The position numbers were made by a program, and so were the translations under genes. From positions 2,422-66,421 of the forward strand of contig CAYHWL010000001.1 of assembly GCA_964359785.1 (NCBI GenBank): a DNA stretch of 64,000 bases, in the 5' to 3' direction. Source of the stretch: an uncultured Methanosarcinales archaeon. GTDB taxonomy: Archaea; Nanobdellota; Nanobdellia; Woesearchaeales; JAGWAF01. The first letter of the stretch is position 1; every line of letters begins with the position of its first letter. The notes below the pieces were generated by a model, which was not told the origin of the DNA, did not search any database, and saw only the letters and a program-made list of their open reading frames with translations. This document shows positions 27,329 through 36,499 of this stretch, one piece after another.

Positions 27329-28006
27329 ATGAGATTCGCGCTCCGTTTTGATGCAGTCCAGTCTGTCAATAAGGACTTTGCGGCATTGATCGATCTATTG
27401 ATCGAGAAGAAGATTGCGGCCACTTACGCTGTGATCCCTTCTTTGATCGATCACCAATCCACTAGTTTACTCTCTGAAAAGGCGCGGAGCCATCCCAGAT
27501 TGGTGAGTATCGTCCCTTATGGTTGGTCTGGTTCAAATTATGGATCGGGCGCAAGGCCCGGCGAATTCGGGGAGTTCCGTTCAAGGGCGCAGCAATGGGA
27601 GGATATCAAGAGGTCTATCGAAAGGATGGACCGGCTTTTCATGCATCGCTGGTCTAGGGTCTTTGTTCTGCCATTCAACAATTATGATCATATCACCCAG
27701 GAGATTCTCAAAAGCAATATGTTTATGGCCTTTAGCGCAAGGTGCTCCCCTTATCAAAAACATCTCTTGCCCGATGTGGGAGCGAGCATCGTTCTTGGTA
27801 AGCCGACGCTGGCCAAGTCTATCGTGTCTGAATGCCAGTTCTTGCTTAATGCCAGGGAAGGCATCGTGATCGCGATTAGGCCAGAGGCGCTAGCGGGGGT
27901 TTATGTCGAGGAGATAAAGAAGGCCGCGCTGGTCTTGGTGGCCAGGAATGCCCGGCCTGTGATCTTATCAGAGCTAGCAGGTGTTTCTCTAGAAAAGGTT
28001 ATATAA
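27329..28006 (+). CDS. hypothetical protein, possibly polysaccharide-deacetylase-like (DUF2334-like)
   Basis: Start moved to ATG 27329 (MRFALRFDAVQSV…). A TATA box (ccttatatcc) lies about 25 nt upstream. The RFDAV motif weakly resembles NodB/DUF2334 motif 1. Function is low confidence. Confidence 0.45.
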   Translation: MRFALRFDAVQSVNKDFAALIDLLIEKKIAATYAVIPSLIDHQSTSLLSEKARSHPRLVSIVPYGWSGSNYGSGARPGEFGEFRSRAQQWEDIKRSIERMDRLFMHRWSRVFVLPFNNYDHITQEILKSNMFMAFSARCSPYQKHLLPDVGASIVLGKPTLAKSIVSECQFLLNAREGIVIAIRPEALAGVYVEEIKKAALVLVARNARPVILSELAGVSLEKVI

Positions 28007-28028
28007 TCAGCTGCGCATTCTATATACT

Positions 28029-28349
28029 ATGGAAGGTGTAGAGGTCTTCTCCGATGGATTATGCCACACTATTGAGATAGACTCTTCTTTTTTCGATAAG
28101 GAGGTGGTGATGACCACGGCGTATTCTTTTATGGATCGTTTCTATGTGAAGATTAGCGGGGATCCATTGGGGAGCATCTTGGTGTCGTTGCTGCCCAAAG
28201 GCCAGGATATTGACTCGGGATCCATTGAAGGGGAGTTTGGCAATGCCCTTCTTGCGTATGCACAGCATCAAATGATGGCAAAAGGTTCAAAACAGGTGAG
28301 AGAGATGATTGTCTACAGCGCGCTGATGGCAGGTGAACGGCATGGTTGA
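28029..28349 (+). CDS. hypothetical 106-aa protein (candidate precursor or accessory protein for the downstream radical SAM enzyme)
   Basis: Small ORF overlapping the next ORF by 17 nt. No recognisable domain. Confidence 0.35.
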   Translation: MEGVEVFSDGLCHTIEIDSSFFDKEVVMTTAYSFMDRFYVKISGDPLGSILVSLLPKGQDIDSGSIEGEFGNALLAYAQHQMMAKGSKQVREMIVYSALMAGERHG

Positions 28350-28518
28350 TTTTTTACTGCTCAACTCTGATTTCTATGATCTTGGGAAGATCGAGGATTT
28401 CATACATGCAAAAGATGAAGGGCCAAGATTTTACAGGCAGGATGGCATCTTGCGGGTTGAAGGTGAAAGGCAAGAGCTCTTGATGATCGCAAATGCCGCG
28501 TTGCATCTTTCGAGGTGA
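28333..28518 (+). CDS. hypothetical 61-aa protein (candidate precursor peptide or chaperone)
   Basis: Small ORF overlapping both neighbours, consistent with translational coupling. Confidence 0.3.
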   Translation: MNGMVDFLLLNSDFYDLGKIEDFIHAKDEGPRFYRQDGILRVEGERQELLMIANAALHLSR

Positions 28519-29893
28519 GATTATGCGCAGCAACATCTTAAGATGGCGCAAGGTAGGGGGAAGGATCCTTCTTGTTTCCGACTCTGGCGCATGGATATTT
28601 CTTGATCCTCTAGAGTTTGAGGGGTTCATGGCAGATGAGATCTCACATGGACTGCATTCCAAGCTAAAGGCCAACCGTATCATTCTTGATCAAGATAATG
28701 AGTCAGCTGAGATTGCGGCGTACAAAGCGAAAAAAGATTTCGTGCGGCAAGGCACTTCTTTGCATATCATGATCCCCACTCTAAGATGCAATCAAAGATG
28801 CGTCTATTGCCACGCATCTTCAAGACCTATGGATGCTAAAGGAGTGGACATGGATAAAGACACGGCAAATAAGGCGATCGAGTTCATATTGCAGTCTCCG
28901 GCGGGTTCTATCGAGATTGAATTTCAGGGTGGGGAGCCTCTTGTGGATTTTGGGATGGTCAAGCACATCTGCAAGACCGCTAAGGTTGCGGCGTTGGAGA
29001 CTGGTAAAATGATTAGGTTCTCGATGACCAGCAACCTTCTGTTGATGGACCAGGAGAAGCTGGATTTCCTGATTGATCATGATGTGGCCGTCTGCACTAG
29101 TCTTGACGGCCCAAGAGATGTGCATGATAAGAGCAGAGGCCATTATGACGAGCTTATTTCTAAGATCCATTTTGTCAATTCAGTCTATCAACAAAAAGGG
29201 TTGCCAAATAGGCTTGGGGCTCTTTTCACACTCACAAGGACCGCGTTGTCATGCCCTAAAGACATCATCGATGAATATATCCGGCTTGGTATGGATCAGA
29301 TCCATATCAGATGGCTCAACCCTCTTGGATCTGCGCAAGACGCGTTTGACGAAGTTGGCTGCACACCGCAAGAATATATAGAGTTCTGGAAGGCTTCCAT
29401 GGAGTATATTTTGGAGAAGAACCGGACTGGCACTCGGTTCATCGAGCGGCAGGCGCGTATCATGCTCCACAAGATACTAAGATCCACCGATCCCAATTAC
29501 CTTGAGATGCGCTCGCCTTGCGGCGCGGTCACAGGCCAGCTTGCCTACGGACCGGATGGGAAGATATATACTTGTGATGAAGGCAGGATGATCGGTGAAG
29601 GTCTCTTTTGTGTTGGCGATGCGAAGATGGATTCTTACAAGGAGGTCCTTGAGAGCCCCACTTCACTCTCTATGATCAATGCATCTATAACTGATTCCCT
29701 TTTCTGTGACACTTGCGCTTATAAGCCATGGTGTGGGGTATGTCCTGTCATGAATTATGCCGAACAAGGCTCCTTGATTGGTGACATTGTAAATACTCCA
29801 AGGCACAAGATCTTCCTCGCTCAATTCGATTGGATATTTATGCGCCTCCAGATAGAAGAGGATGCGCAGATATTAAAGTCATGGGTCAAATAG
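28493..29893 (+). CDS. radical SAM / SPASM-domain enzyme (peptide- or protein-modifying maturase family)
   Basis: CNQRCVYCHA (Cx3Cx2C) is preceded by an N-terminal extension of about 95 aa. The C-terminus has a 7-Cys SPASM-like motif (…SPCG…YTCDE…LFCVG…FCDTCAYKPWCGVCP). Confidence 0.85.
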   Translation: MPRCIFRGEIMRSNILRWRKVGGRILLVSDSGAWIFLDPLEFEGFMADEISHGLHSKLKANRIILDQDNESAEIAAYKAKKDFVRQGTSLHIMIPTLRCNQRCVYCHASSRPMDAKGVDMDKDTANKAIEFILQSPAGSIEIEFQGGEPLVDFGMVKHICKTAKVAALETGKMIRFSMTSNLLLMDQEKLDFLIDHDVAVCTSLDGPRDVHDKSRGHYDELISKIHFVNSVYQQKGLPNRLGALFTLTRTALSCPKDIIDEYIRLGMDQIHIRWLNPLGSAQDAFDEVGCTPQEYIEFWKASMEYILEKNRTGTRFIERQARIMLHKILRSTDPNYLEMRSPCGAVTGQLAYGPDGKIYTCDEGRMIGEGLFCVGDAKMDSYKEVLESPTSLSMINASITDSLFCDTCAYKPWCGVCPVMNYAEQGSLIGDIVNTPRHKIFLAQFDWIFMRLQIEEDAQILKSWVK

Positions 29894-29964
29894 CCGCACT
29901 TCGGGGCCAGGATCGAGATGTTAAAGTAGGTTTTTTATATTCGAATATCGCTCTTTCTCTCATG

Positions 29965-31182
29965 TTAAAGCAGGAGCTTAGGTCATTCTTGTTGGAAGAA
30001 TCAGGCGCAGTTGACAAAGATGTGATCCTAAGGGCTGGTTCTATGATCATCGCAAGCGCCATCGCCTCTGGCATCGCACACGCCCAGACAGCAGGGACTA
30101 CTGAAGCGGCGGCAAACACACATACTGTCGTCCTTCCTGATGGTAGCCTCACTACTGTGCCTTGGTACTTGAGCATTGAGAACAATCAATGGGTGTGCCG
30201 TCCTGAAGGCAAGAATGTCACTTGTCCTTCAGAGGCGAATATTACTGCGGGTAATGCGGAGCTTGCCAGGCAGACATCATTAGCGGCAGCTGTGGCCGCG
30301 ACTGGTTGTCCTTCTTGCCAGACGGGTTGTGGTCAGCCCGCTTGTCATGCCAATTGCGCGGATATCCACACTGATGCTGTGAACTATATTGGTCAGCATA
30401 CCCATCGGATTGAGCCAAGCGGTCCTTGTCCTCCGCCGCTGCCTGCGGGAGGTGACGACGGTGGATGGATCATGGACGCTATTGGCACGGCATATGCGCC
30501 AGGGATTCATAATAATGGCGAAGTGTTCGGAGCTTTGATTATTGAAGCCAGCAAGAAAGATAAATCTTTTTTGGTTGATTGCTATCATGCGAGTGGTGTG
30601 ATCTTCAGGATCAAAGGCATCAAACATATCCAAAAAGGGGGTATGGCAGATAGATTGCGCAGATGGATCGCGCCAAAGCATGATCTTGCCAAGGACGACT
30701 GGTGGGCGAAACCCTTGCTGACCGCGAGCGCACGCTTCGGATGGATCCACGGCAGAACAATGCTCACTGCCACGGCAAAAGATGGTTTGCTTGCTCCTAT
30801 CACGATGAGATATCTAGAGAATATGGATGTTTCGATGGAATGGCCTGACCATGTCAAACGATTGAACGCGCTTGTTGGCGGATTGGAAAGAGGTGACGAC
30901 AAAGCTGGTCTCGCGATGGTATTGGGACACAAAAATTATCTCAAGCTAAAAAAAGACGCTATAAATTATAGGGTATCCACTGATACGACCAATCATATCG
31001 GAAGCCGCGATGGATCTATCTTATTGCCAAATCAGGTCACGGTCAGATGGCAAGAAAAATTCTGGGATCTTGTCCTTCGAAGCTGTGGATTGAGTTTATT
31101 GACAAAAATGGTCTACAACATCCAGTTTAAGCGCGCATGCGGCCATTGTCTGGACCCAAGAAGCACCCCAAACATTGCTTGA
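29965..31182 (+). CDS. secreted Cys-rich hypothetical protein
   Basis: Signal-peptide-like N-terminus …MIIASAIASGIAHAQTAG. Cys cluster CPSCQTGCGQPACHANC. The start is uncertain: 29830, 29965 or 30046. Confidence 0.5.
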   Translation, partial: LKQELRSFLLEESGAVDKDVILRAGSMIIASAIASGIAHAQTAGTTEAAANTHTVVLPDGSLTTVPWYLSIENNQWVCRPEGKNVTCPSEANITAGNAELARQTSLAAAVAATGCPSCQTGCGQPACHANCADIHTDAVNYIGQHTHRIEPSGPCPPPLPAGGDDGGWIMDAIGTAYAPGIHNNGEVFGALIIEASKKDKSFLVDCYHASGVIFRIKGIKHIQKGGMADRLRRWIAPKHDLAKDDWWAKPLLTASARFGWIHGRTMLTATAKDGLLAPITMRYLENMDVSMEWPDHVKRLNALVGGLERGDDKAGLAMVLGHKNYLKLKKDAINYRVSTDTTNHIGSRDGSILLPNQVTVRWQEKFWDLVLRSCGLSLLTKMVYNIQFKRACGHCLDPRSTPNIA

Positions 31183-31220
31183 ATTTTTGACCGAATCTTC
31201 CTTTGCATAGCATTCTCAGT

Positions 31221-31934
31221 CTATCCTAGCAAGGGATAAATTACGACAAGGATCGCCCCCAGAAATAGGAATGGCGCAAAGGCGATTTCTTGGTCCTTCT
31301 TTGATTGCATCACGAGTCTAGTCATCATCACTATCACGCTGCTGGAGACTGCGACGATCGCGATTTGTTTGTCGAAGCCTTTAAGATATAATCCCAAGAC
31401 TAGCATGGCAAAATATAGGCCCATCTGATGATTAAAAGGTAATCTTCCGATGATATAGGCTATTGCTAAGACTAGGGCTACTGATGGGAAAAATGCTAGT
31501 CCCAATGAGTTCACGAGAAATGAGTTTGCGATGACAGATAATGCCACAAGCAGTATGTCTCTTCTTCCCAGATGCGCAAGATTGACTCTTCGGTGATTGA
31601 ATATGATGATGGACAGATAACCGGAAAGGGCTGTCACGATACAAAAGAGTATCACGTTTTCCAGATTGAGCCAGGTCATCCCGATAATAGCGTAGGTTAA
31701 CGCAAGTTTCCCATCGCCTGCCCCTATCCACCTGCATCTATACATGAGAAACATGAGCAATATGATGCCCACAAGCCAGCCCCATTGCGCAAAGGATATC
31801 ATTCCGAAGATAAGAGTATTGATTATCCCGATTATCGCAAAGAATGCCACAAGGCTATTTGGTATCTTGTGGGTCTTGATATCTTGATAACTAGAGCACA
31901 ATCCCAATCCTATCAATAGGAGGAGATTTATCAT
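31221..31934 (-). CDS. archaeal prepilin / preflagellin peptidase (A24 family, PibD/FlaK-like)
   Basis: Polytopic membrane protein with the two catalytic Asp motifs: SYQDIKTHKIPN near the N-terminus and WIGAGDGKLALTY. Confidence 0.8.
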   Translation of the reverse strand: MINLLLLIGLGLCSSYQDIKTHKIPNSLVAFFAIIGIINTLIFGMISFAQWGWLVGIILLMFLMYRCRWIGAGDGKLALTYAIIGMTWLNLENVILFCIVTALSGYLSIIIFNHRRVNLAHLGRRDILLVALSVIANSFLVNSLGLAFFPSVALVLAIAYIIGRLPFNHQMGLYFAMLVLGLYLKGFDKQIAIVAVSSSVIVMMTRLVMQSKKDQEIAFAPFLFLGAILVVIYPLLG

Positions 31935-32524
31935 TTCTCCAGTATCCTGCCCACATGCAGGATGGATCTCTTTGCCTGTGATGTATTCATGCCAAATGCG
32001 AGATAAGTCCTTTGAAGGTCATGTGGGCTTCTCAGGTGATATGGGTTTGTGGCCATGCTCACAATCGCTGTATCGACGCCATATTTTTCGCATAATCCAA
32101 AATTCTGTCTCATCCGTCCAAGTATGACTCCCCTTCTGGATACCTCAAGCCCAAGTATGGTCTCAAACGGGAATGCCAGTCCTATTTTCTTCTTGACCAT
32201 GATATTACAATAGATATGGTTTAGTCCGCTTTGTCTTTGGTGCATGGAATCATGTTTTTGTTTCTTTTCTATGTCATAGAGCAGTTGGAACCCTCCTGCT
32301 TCGATTGTGTCCCTATCATCTCCTTTGCTCTCTTTGATGATCAGGTTCGCGTGGGAATCGCTTGGGGACGCGTGATAGATGGGCATTTTCGATTTTACTC
32401 CACCCAAACGGAGAGCATCCGGCTTATTAGGATAGAAGAAACATAGACCATCCCATCCCAGAGTTTGCGCCATCTGGATGTATTCCTCTTCGTTTTTTTG
32501 GGGTATGACAATGTCGATATGCAT
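31931..32524 (-). CDS. rnp3: RNase P protein subunit Rpp30 (Rnp3)
   Basis: Start moved to MHIDIVIP…. The C-terminal region GLAFPFETILG…RRGVILGRMRQNFGLCEKYGVDTAIVSMATNPYHLRSPHDLQ…FGMNTSQAKRSI aligns with human RPP30 (GLAFELVYS…VIISSAAERPLEIRGPYDVANLGLLFGLSESDAKAAV). Confidence 0.75.
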   Translation of the reverse strand: MHIDIVIPQKNEEEYIQMAQTLGWDGLCFFYPNKPDALRLGGVKSKMPIYHASPSDSHANLIIKESKGDDRDTIEAGGFQLLYDIEKKQKHDSMHQRQSGLNHIYCNIMVKKKIGLAFPFETILGLEVSRRGVILGRMRQNFGLCEKYGVDTAIVSMATNPYHLRSPHDLQRTYLAFGMNTSQAKRSILHVGRILEK

Positions 32525-32547
32525 GCTTCGGGTCCAAGAAGCATGAT

Positions 32548-33471
32548 TTATATTACTTTGCAGCCACACCCCACACCACACATGCGTCCTGCGCCATTTT
32601 GCGCCTTACTAAGGATCATGCAGGTCTTGCACAGTTTGTTGCTTGCGGGTTCTCCGCATCCAAAACAGGCGCCTATTTTCTCCAGACTGGCGTTGATCTC
32701 ACGCAATCGCGGCAATACTCTCAAAAACTCCTCTACCATCTTCAGTTTTGTCCCTGGTTTTGTGTTTTCGATTGAATCAAGGTATGACCGTATATGTCTT
32801 CTCATGGCATCATCGCCGCACGGACACAAGTTATATGCGACTGGGAATCCTTTGATTCTTGCGTATTTCTCTATCTCAAGATTTGATAGGTAATACAATG
32901 GTTTCACTCTTGGGATGAAACGCGAGTCTTCTATCGCTCCTACCATAGGCCCCATCCTGGCGCTTAATTGAAGATTGTTGCGGAGGAAATTCATCACTAT
33001 TGATTGGCATTCATCGTCAAGATTGTGTCCTGTGACTACCACATCTGCCCCCATACTTCGGGTGTATTTGTTCAGTAGGTATCTGCGCGGCACCCCGCAC
33101 ACTGTGCAGCTCTTGATATTTAGTCCAGCTTCCTTCATTGCTTCGTGCAGGTATTGCACTGAATACCCGAATTCATCATGGAAGTCTATCACCTTTAGAG
33201 GTATGTTGTTCTCCTTGCAATAGCTTTTCACGTTGAGTAAGTTCTCCTTTGTGTAGCATCCGATATGAGTGTCCACAGTAAGGGCGCAAAAGTCATATCC
33301 TAGCCTTTTGAGGAGGTGCATCACGGTTGTGCTATCTTTGCCTCCACTCGCGGCGACTACAAGATTCGTCCTTCCGGCAAGCAGTTTATGTGCTGCTATA
33401 GTCTGTTTTACCCTCTTCTCAAAAGCGTTTGAGAATTCCTTGCCATTTTTTGGGAGCCTTCCAAATTTCAT
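32548..33471 (-). CDS. TtuA/Ncs6-type PP-loop ATPase (tRNA 2-thiolation family)
   Basis: PP-loop SGGKDS, with Cys motifs CTVCGV, GH and CPCG, plus a C-terminal zinc ribbon (CFGCG…CKTC). Confidence 0.8.
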   Translation of the reverse strand: MKFGRLPKNGKEFSNAFEKRVKQTIAAHKLLAGRTNLVVAASGGKDSTTVMHLLKRLGYDFCALTVDTHIGCYTKENLLNVKSYCKENNIPLKVIDFHDEFGYSVQYLHEAMKEAGLNIKSCTVCGVPRRYLLNKYTRSMGADVVVTGHNLDDECQSIVMNFLRNNLQLSARMGPMVGAIEDSRFIPRVKPLYYLSNLEIEKYARIKGFPVAYNLCPCGDDAMRRHIRSYLDSIENTKPGTKLKMVEEFLRVLPRLREINASLEKIGACFGCGEPASNKLCKTCMILSKAQNGAGRMCGVGCGCKVI

Positions 33472-34271
33472 AAATACTCACTCTTTAAGGTCTCTATCTC
33501 ATTTTCTAAAAATCCCACAAGCGGATTTAATACTACAAGCCCGGGGAATGTTTCTCGCTGGGTGCAGACGCATGCCTGCAGATCCAGTCGGATTATCTCT
33601 TCTTTGTTCACCTCATTTATGCACAATGGAAGACTTCCATGATATCTTGCCAAAGGAGATAGGTCTAGGCCTGCAGGGTTTAACACCATCAAGTTGCATC
33701 CTCTTTTCATCATCATTATGCCAGCTAGAATGTCGATTTGCGTGTCTAGCACAAGCAATGCCTTCCCCTGGCTTCCGACCGGATATCCGCCATGGCCTTT
33801 GAGTTTTGAGTCAAATACATATGCCATCTTATTCACTAATTCTACTCCTATCTCTAGATCATACGCTGACAAATCGACTTTTGCGCCGCTTTTCTCCACG
33901 ACATATGCCCCAAGTTCAATGTCTACATCCCTGCTTCGCAATGTGATGGCCTTGTCTATCCTCTTTGCGCTTATCCTGAATTTTGTGTTTGTGTTCATCA
34001 GCTGTATTATCGGATCAGCTGCTTTTTTGATGTCAGTGATTGTGGCAGGGCATATCTGCGCGTATGAATATGTGCATATCCCAAAGATGTCTCCAAACCA
34101 TGCAGGCCTCTCTTCCGTCTCAATTATGAGCCTCCCATGGGTCTTTCTTATTTTTGGTTTGGGACGGCCATATTTTACGAAAAACATCTCTATGGACTTC
34201 GCTAATTGCCGTATGAATTGGTCTTGGTTTTGTCCCTTGAGCGCAATCTCATCATATCGTACCAGTATCAT
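33468..34271 (-). CDS. ThiI-like THUMP-domain protein with a degenerate PP-loop (truncated ThiI)
   Basis: Aligns with E. coli ThiI residues 1..~230: MILVRY…FRISAKR…GYPVGSQGKALLVLDTQIDILAGIMMMKRGCNLMVLN versus [32 protein letters not shown]. The SGGFDS PP-loop is replaced by LDTQID, and the protein ends about 70 aa later. Confidence 0.8.
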   Translation of the reverse strand: MILVRYDEIALKGQNQDQFIRQLAKSIEMFFVKYGRPKPKIRKTHGRLIIETEERPAWFGDIFGICTYSYAQICPATITDIKKAADPIIQLMNTNTKFRISAKRIDKAITLRSRDVDIELGAYVVEKSGAKVDLSAYDLEIGVELVNKMAYVFDSKLKGHGGYPVGSQGKALLVLDTQIDILAGIMMMKRGCNLMVLNPAGLDLSPLARYHGSLPLCINEVNKEEIIRLDLQACVCTQRETFPGLVVLNPLVGFLENEIETLKSEYL

Positions 34272-34337
34272 GTGTATGTTTGTTTTCTCGACATATTTAA
34301 ATATGGACGTGGAAGGGATTTCGCAAGAGGTGATTAG

Positions 34338-34652
34338 GTGATAGATAGGTGTTTAGAGTGCGGTCTTGCTCTTTCACATCCGCTGTGCCATTCTTGTCTT
34401 GCTGATGAATCTGTCCACTTCTTATTGGATCACAAGCCTAAATTGATTCCCTCTCTAAAAAAAGTGCATGGGATTGAGCTTCCCGGCATTGATAGCTCCG
34501 TATCCTGTGTGTCTTGCAAGGATTCTGTTATTGTTTGCCCCAGTTGTTTCAACAGGCATGTTGCGATATGGCTCTTTAGGGAGAATGCCATTCTTGCGAG
34601 ATTATTTAAGCAGCAGATGGGTTTATCTAATCCTCTTGGAGATTCTAAGTAG
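34338..34652 (+). CDS. small zinc-ribbon protein (two CxxC…CxxC pairs)
   Basis: CLECG…CHSC and CVSCKD…CPSC. It fills the 350-nt gap between the ThiI-like gene and the cysteine desulfurase gene on the opposite strand. Low confidence. Confidence 0.35.
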   Translation: MIDRCLECGLALSHPLCHSCLADESVHFLLDHKPKLIPSLKKVHGIELPGIDSSVSCVSCKDSVIVCPSCFNRHVAIWLFRENAILARLFKQQMGLSNPLGDSK

Positions 34653-35741
34653 ATTTGAGTGCGATTCGATTATTTTATCTGCGGCATATTCTATCTCAGA
34701 TAGCGTGTTTTGTCTGCCAAAGCTCAAACGTATCGTTTCTTGGCTTGCTATCCTGCTTTTCCCTATTGCGCTAAGCACATGACTTGATTCCTTGCTCTTC
34801 GAGTCGCATGCCGCTCCGGCGCTTGCGTATATCTTCTTTAAGTTCAGATGTGCAAGCATTGTCTCTGCTTCTACTCCGGGGAATCGCACGCTAAGTATTG
34901 TAGGAAGCCCATTAGCAGGGCCGTTGATTTCCATAGTGGGAATTCCTGATAAAAGTTTTGAGGCCATCTTTTTTCTTAGATTGGACACCCTCAAGATCTC
35001 TTTTGGGGTATATTCTTGCGCGGCGCATGCCATTCCGGCTATAGCTGGCACATTTTGTGTTCCTCCCCGCTTGCCATTCTCCTGCTCTCCGCAGATTATT
35101 GGCCCAATATCGACCCCTTCTCGGACAAATAATGCTCCCGCCCCTAATGGTCCATGGATCTTGTGTGAGCATATGCTCATCATATCCACATAGGTGAGAT
35201 CTATTGGGGCCTTGCAAAATGATTGGCATGCATCGATATGGAGTATTATCCCTTTGTCTTTGCATATTTTTCCAAGGAGATTTATGTCTTGTATCGTGCC
35301 CACTTCATTATTCCCATGGATGATGCTTACCATCCCTACGTGTGGATCAAGGGATTCCATGAAAACCTTCATCAAGATCATCCCGTCTTTATCCACGGGG
35401 ATCTCATGGATTACAATCCCATTAGCTTCAAGTTCTTTGGCATATTTCCGGATACTGTTGTGTTCGATTGCGCTTATCACCAGATTTTTTTGAGGGAGAT
35501 TACGCATGAGATTTAGGGCCATCGAATTTGACTCGCTTCCTCCGCTTGTGAAGATTACCTCACAAGGTCGGGCCCCGATCTTAGCCGCGATGATGCCTCG
35601 CGCTTCCTCCATGGCATCTTTTGCTAGATGTCCTAACCTGTGTTCGCTTGAAGCATTGCCATAAGACATAGCTTTCCTCATCGCGGCATGCGCCGCCTTC
35701 GATATCGAGGTGGTCGCGGCATTGTCTAAGTAGCATTCCAT
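34623..35741 (-). CDS. cysteine desulfurase (class V aminotransferase, IscS/NifS-like)
   Basis: PLP Lys region (ICSHKIHGPLGAG) and the active-site Cys motif SAGAACDS. Confidence 0.9.
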   Translation of the reverse strand: MECYLDNAATTSISKAAHAAMRKAMSYGNASSEHRLGHLAKDAMEEARGIIAAKIGARPCEVIFTSGGSESNSMALNLMRNLPQKNLVISAIEHNSIRKYAKELEANGIVIHEIPVDKDGMILMKVFMESLDPHVGMVSIIHGNNEVGTIQDINLLGKICKDKGIILHIDACQSFCKAPIDLTYVDMMSICSHKIHGPLGAGALFVREGVDIGPIICGEQENGKRGGTQNVPAIAGMACAAQEYTPKEILRVSNLRKKMASKLLSGIPTMEINGPANGLPTILSVRFPGVEAETMLAHLNLKKIYASAGAACDSKSKESSHVLSAIGKSRIASQETIRLSFGRQNTLSEIEYAADKIIESHSNLLRISKRIR

Positions 35742-35794
35742 ATGCCTTTTCAGACCCTAAACCTTTATAAACCCGTCCCAGCTCCCATGCGACT

Positions 35795-36058
35795 ATGGTT
35801 CGTGGAAATCAAAAATCAAGGACATTCATCAGGGTTAAACGCAGGACTCCAGGGGCAAAGACTGTGCTCCGTTACATCAGGCGTAAACCCGCTAAATCGA
35901 CGTGCGGCAAGTGCGGTGTCAATCTTATGGGAGTTCCACGTAAGTTGCCTCGGGAGCTTAGCCGTGTGGCAAAGACCAAAAGGAGGCCCCAGCGCATGTT
36001 TGGTGGCGTTCTTTGTGTCAGATGTTCCCGTCGCGAGATCATAAACAGGTCACGATAG
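35795..36058 (+). CDS. rpl34e: 50S ribosomal protein L34e
   Basis: MVRGNQKSRTFIRVKRRTPG…CGKCG zinc-ribbon L34e signature. Confidence 0.85.
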   Translation: MVRGNQKSRTFIRVKRRTPGAKTVLRYIRRKPAKSTCGKCGVNLMGVPRKLPRELSRVAKTKRRPQRMFGGVLCVRCSRREIINRSR

Positions 36059-36119
36059 ATCACAATCAAATCTCTTGCAGGAAAGCGGTGACGCCCTGCT
36101 TGGATAGGAGGTTGCAAAA

Positions 36120-36467
36120 ATGCTAGATATAGGAAGAGTTTGTATAAAGATCGCAGGCAGGGATTCTGGAGAACGCTGTGTCATTGTTGATGTGATTGAC
36201 CATAATTTTGTCCAGATAGATGGCGCTACGCGAAGGCGTAGATGCAATATTTTACATCTTGAGCCTATGCCAGAGACATTGGATTTGAAGAAGGGCGCTT
36301 CACATGAAGAGGTTGCTCAAGCTTTCAAAGCCAAGAGTTGGGGATTCATGACAACAAAGCCTAAGGCAAAAGCCCAAAAACCAGCACGCGTCCGCAGAAG
36401 CGGTGCACAATCTGACAAGAAGGTAAAACCAAGCAAGCTTACGCCAAAGGCAGATGCCAAGAAGTGA
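36120..36467 (+). CDS. rpl14e: 50S ribosomal protein L14e
   Basis: KOW motif GRVCIKIAGRDSGERCVIVDVID. Lys-rich C-terminal tail. Confidence 0.85.
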   Translation: MLDIGRVCIKIAGRDSGERCVIVDVIDHNFVQIDGATRRRRCNILHLEPMPETLDLKKGASHEEVAQAFKAKSWGFMTTKPKAKAQKPARVRRSGAQSDKKVKPSKLTPKADAKK

Positions 36468-36499
36468 AGCATATTCTTTGTTTTGTATTTATCTATTCC

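Noticed and set aside
29830-29964. Extended 5' start of the secreted Cys-rich gene overlapping the radical SAM gene by 64 nt
   Set aside because: The long overlap and absence of signal-peptide features in the first 45 residues favour an internal start (29965 or 30046), where a signal-peptide-like segment begins.
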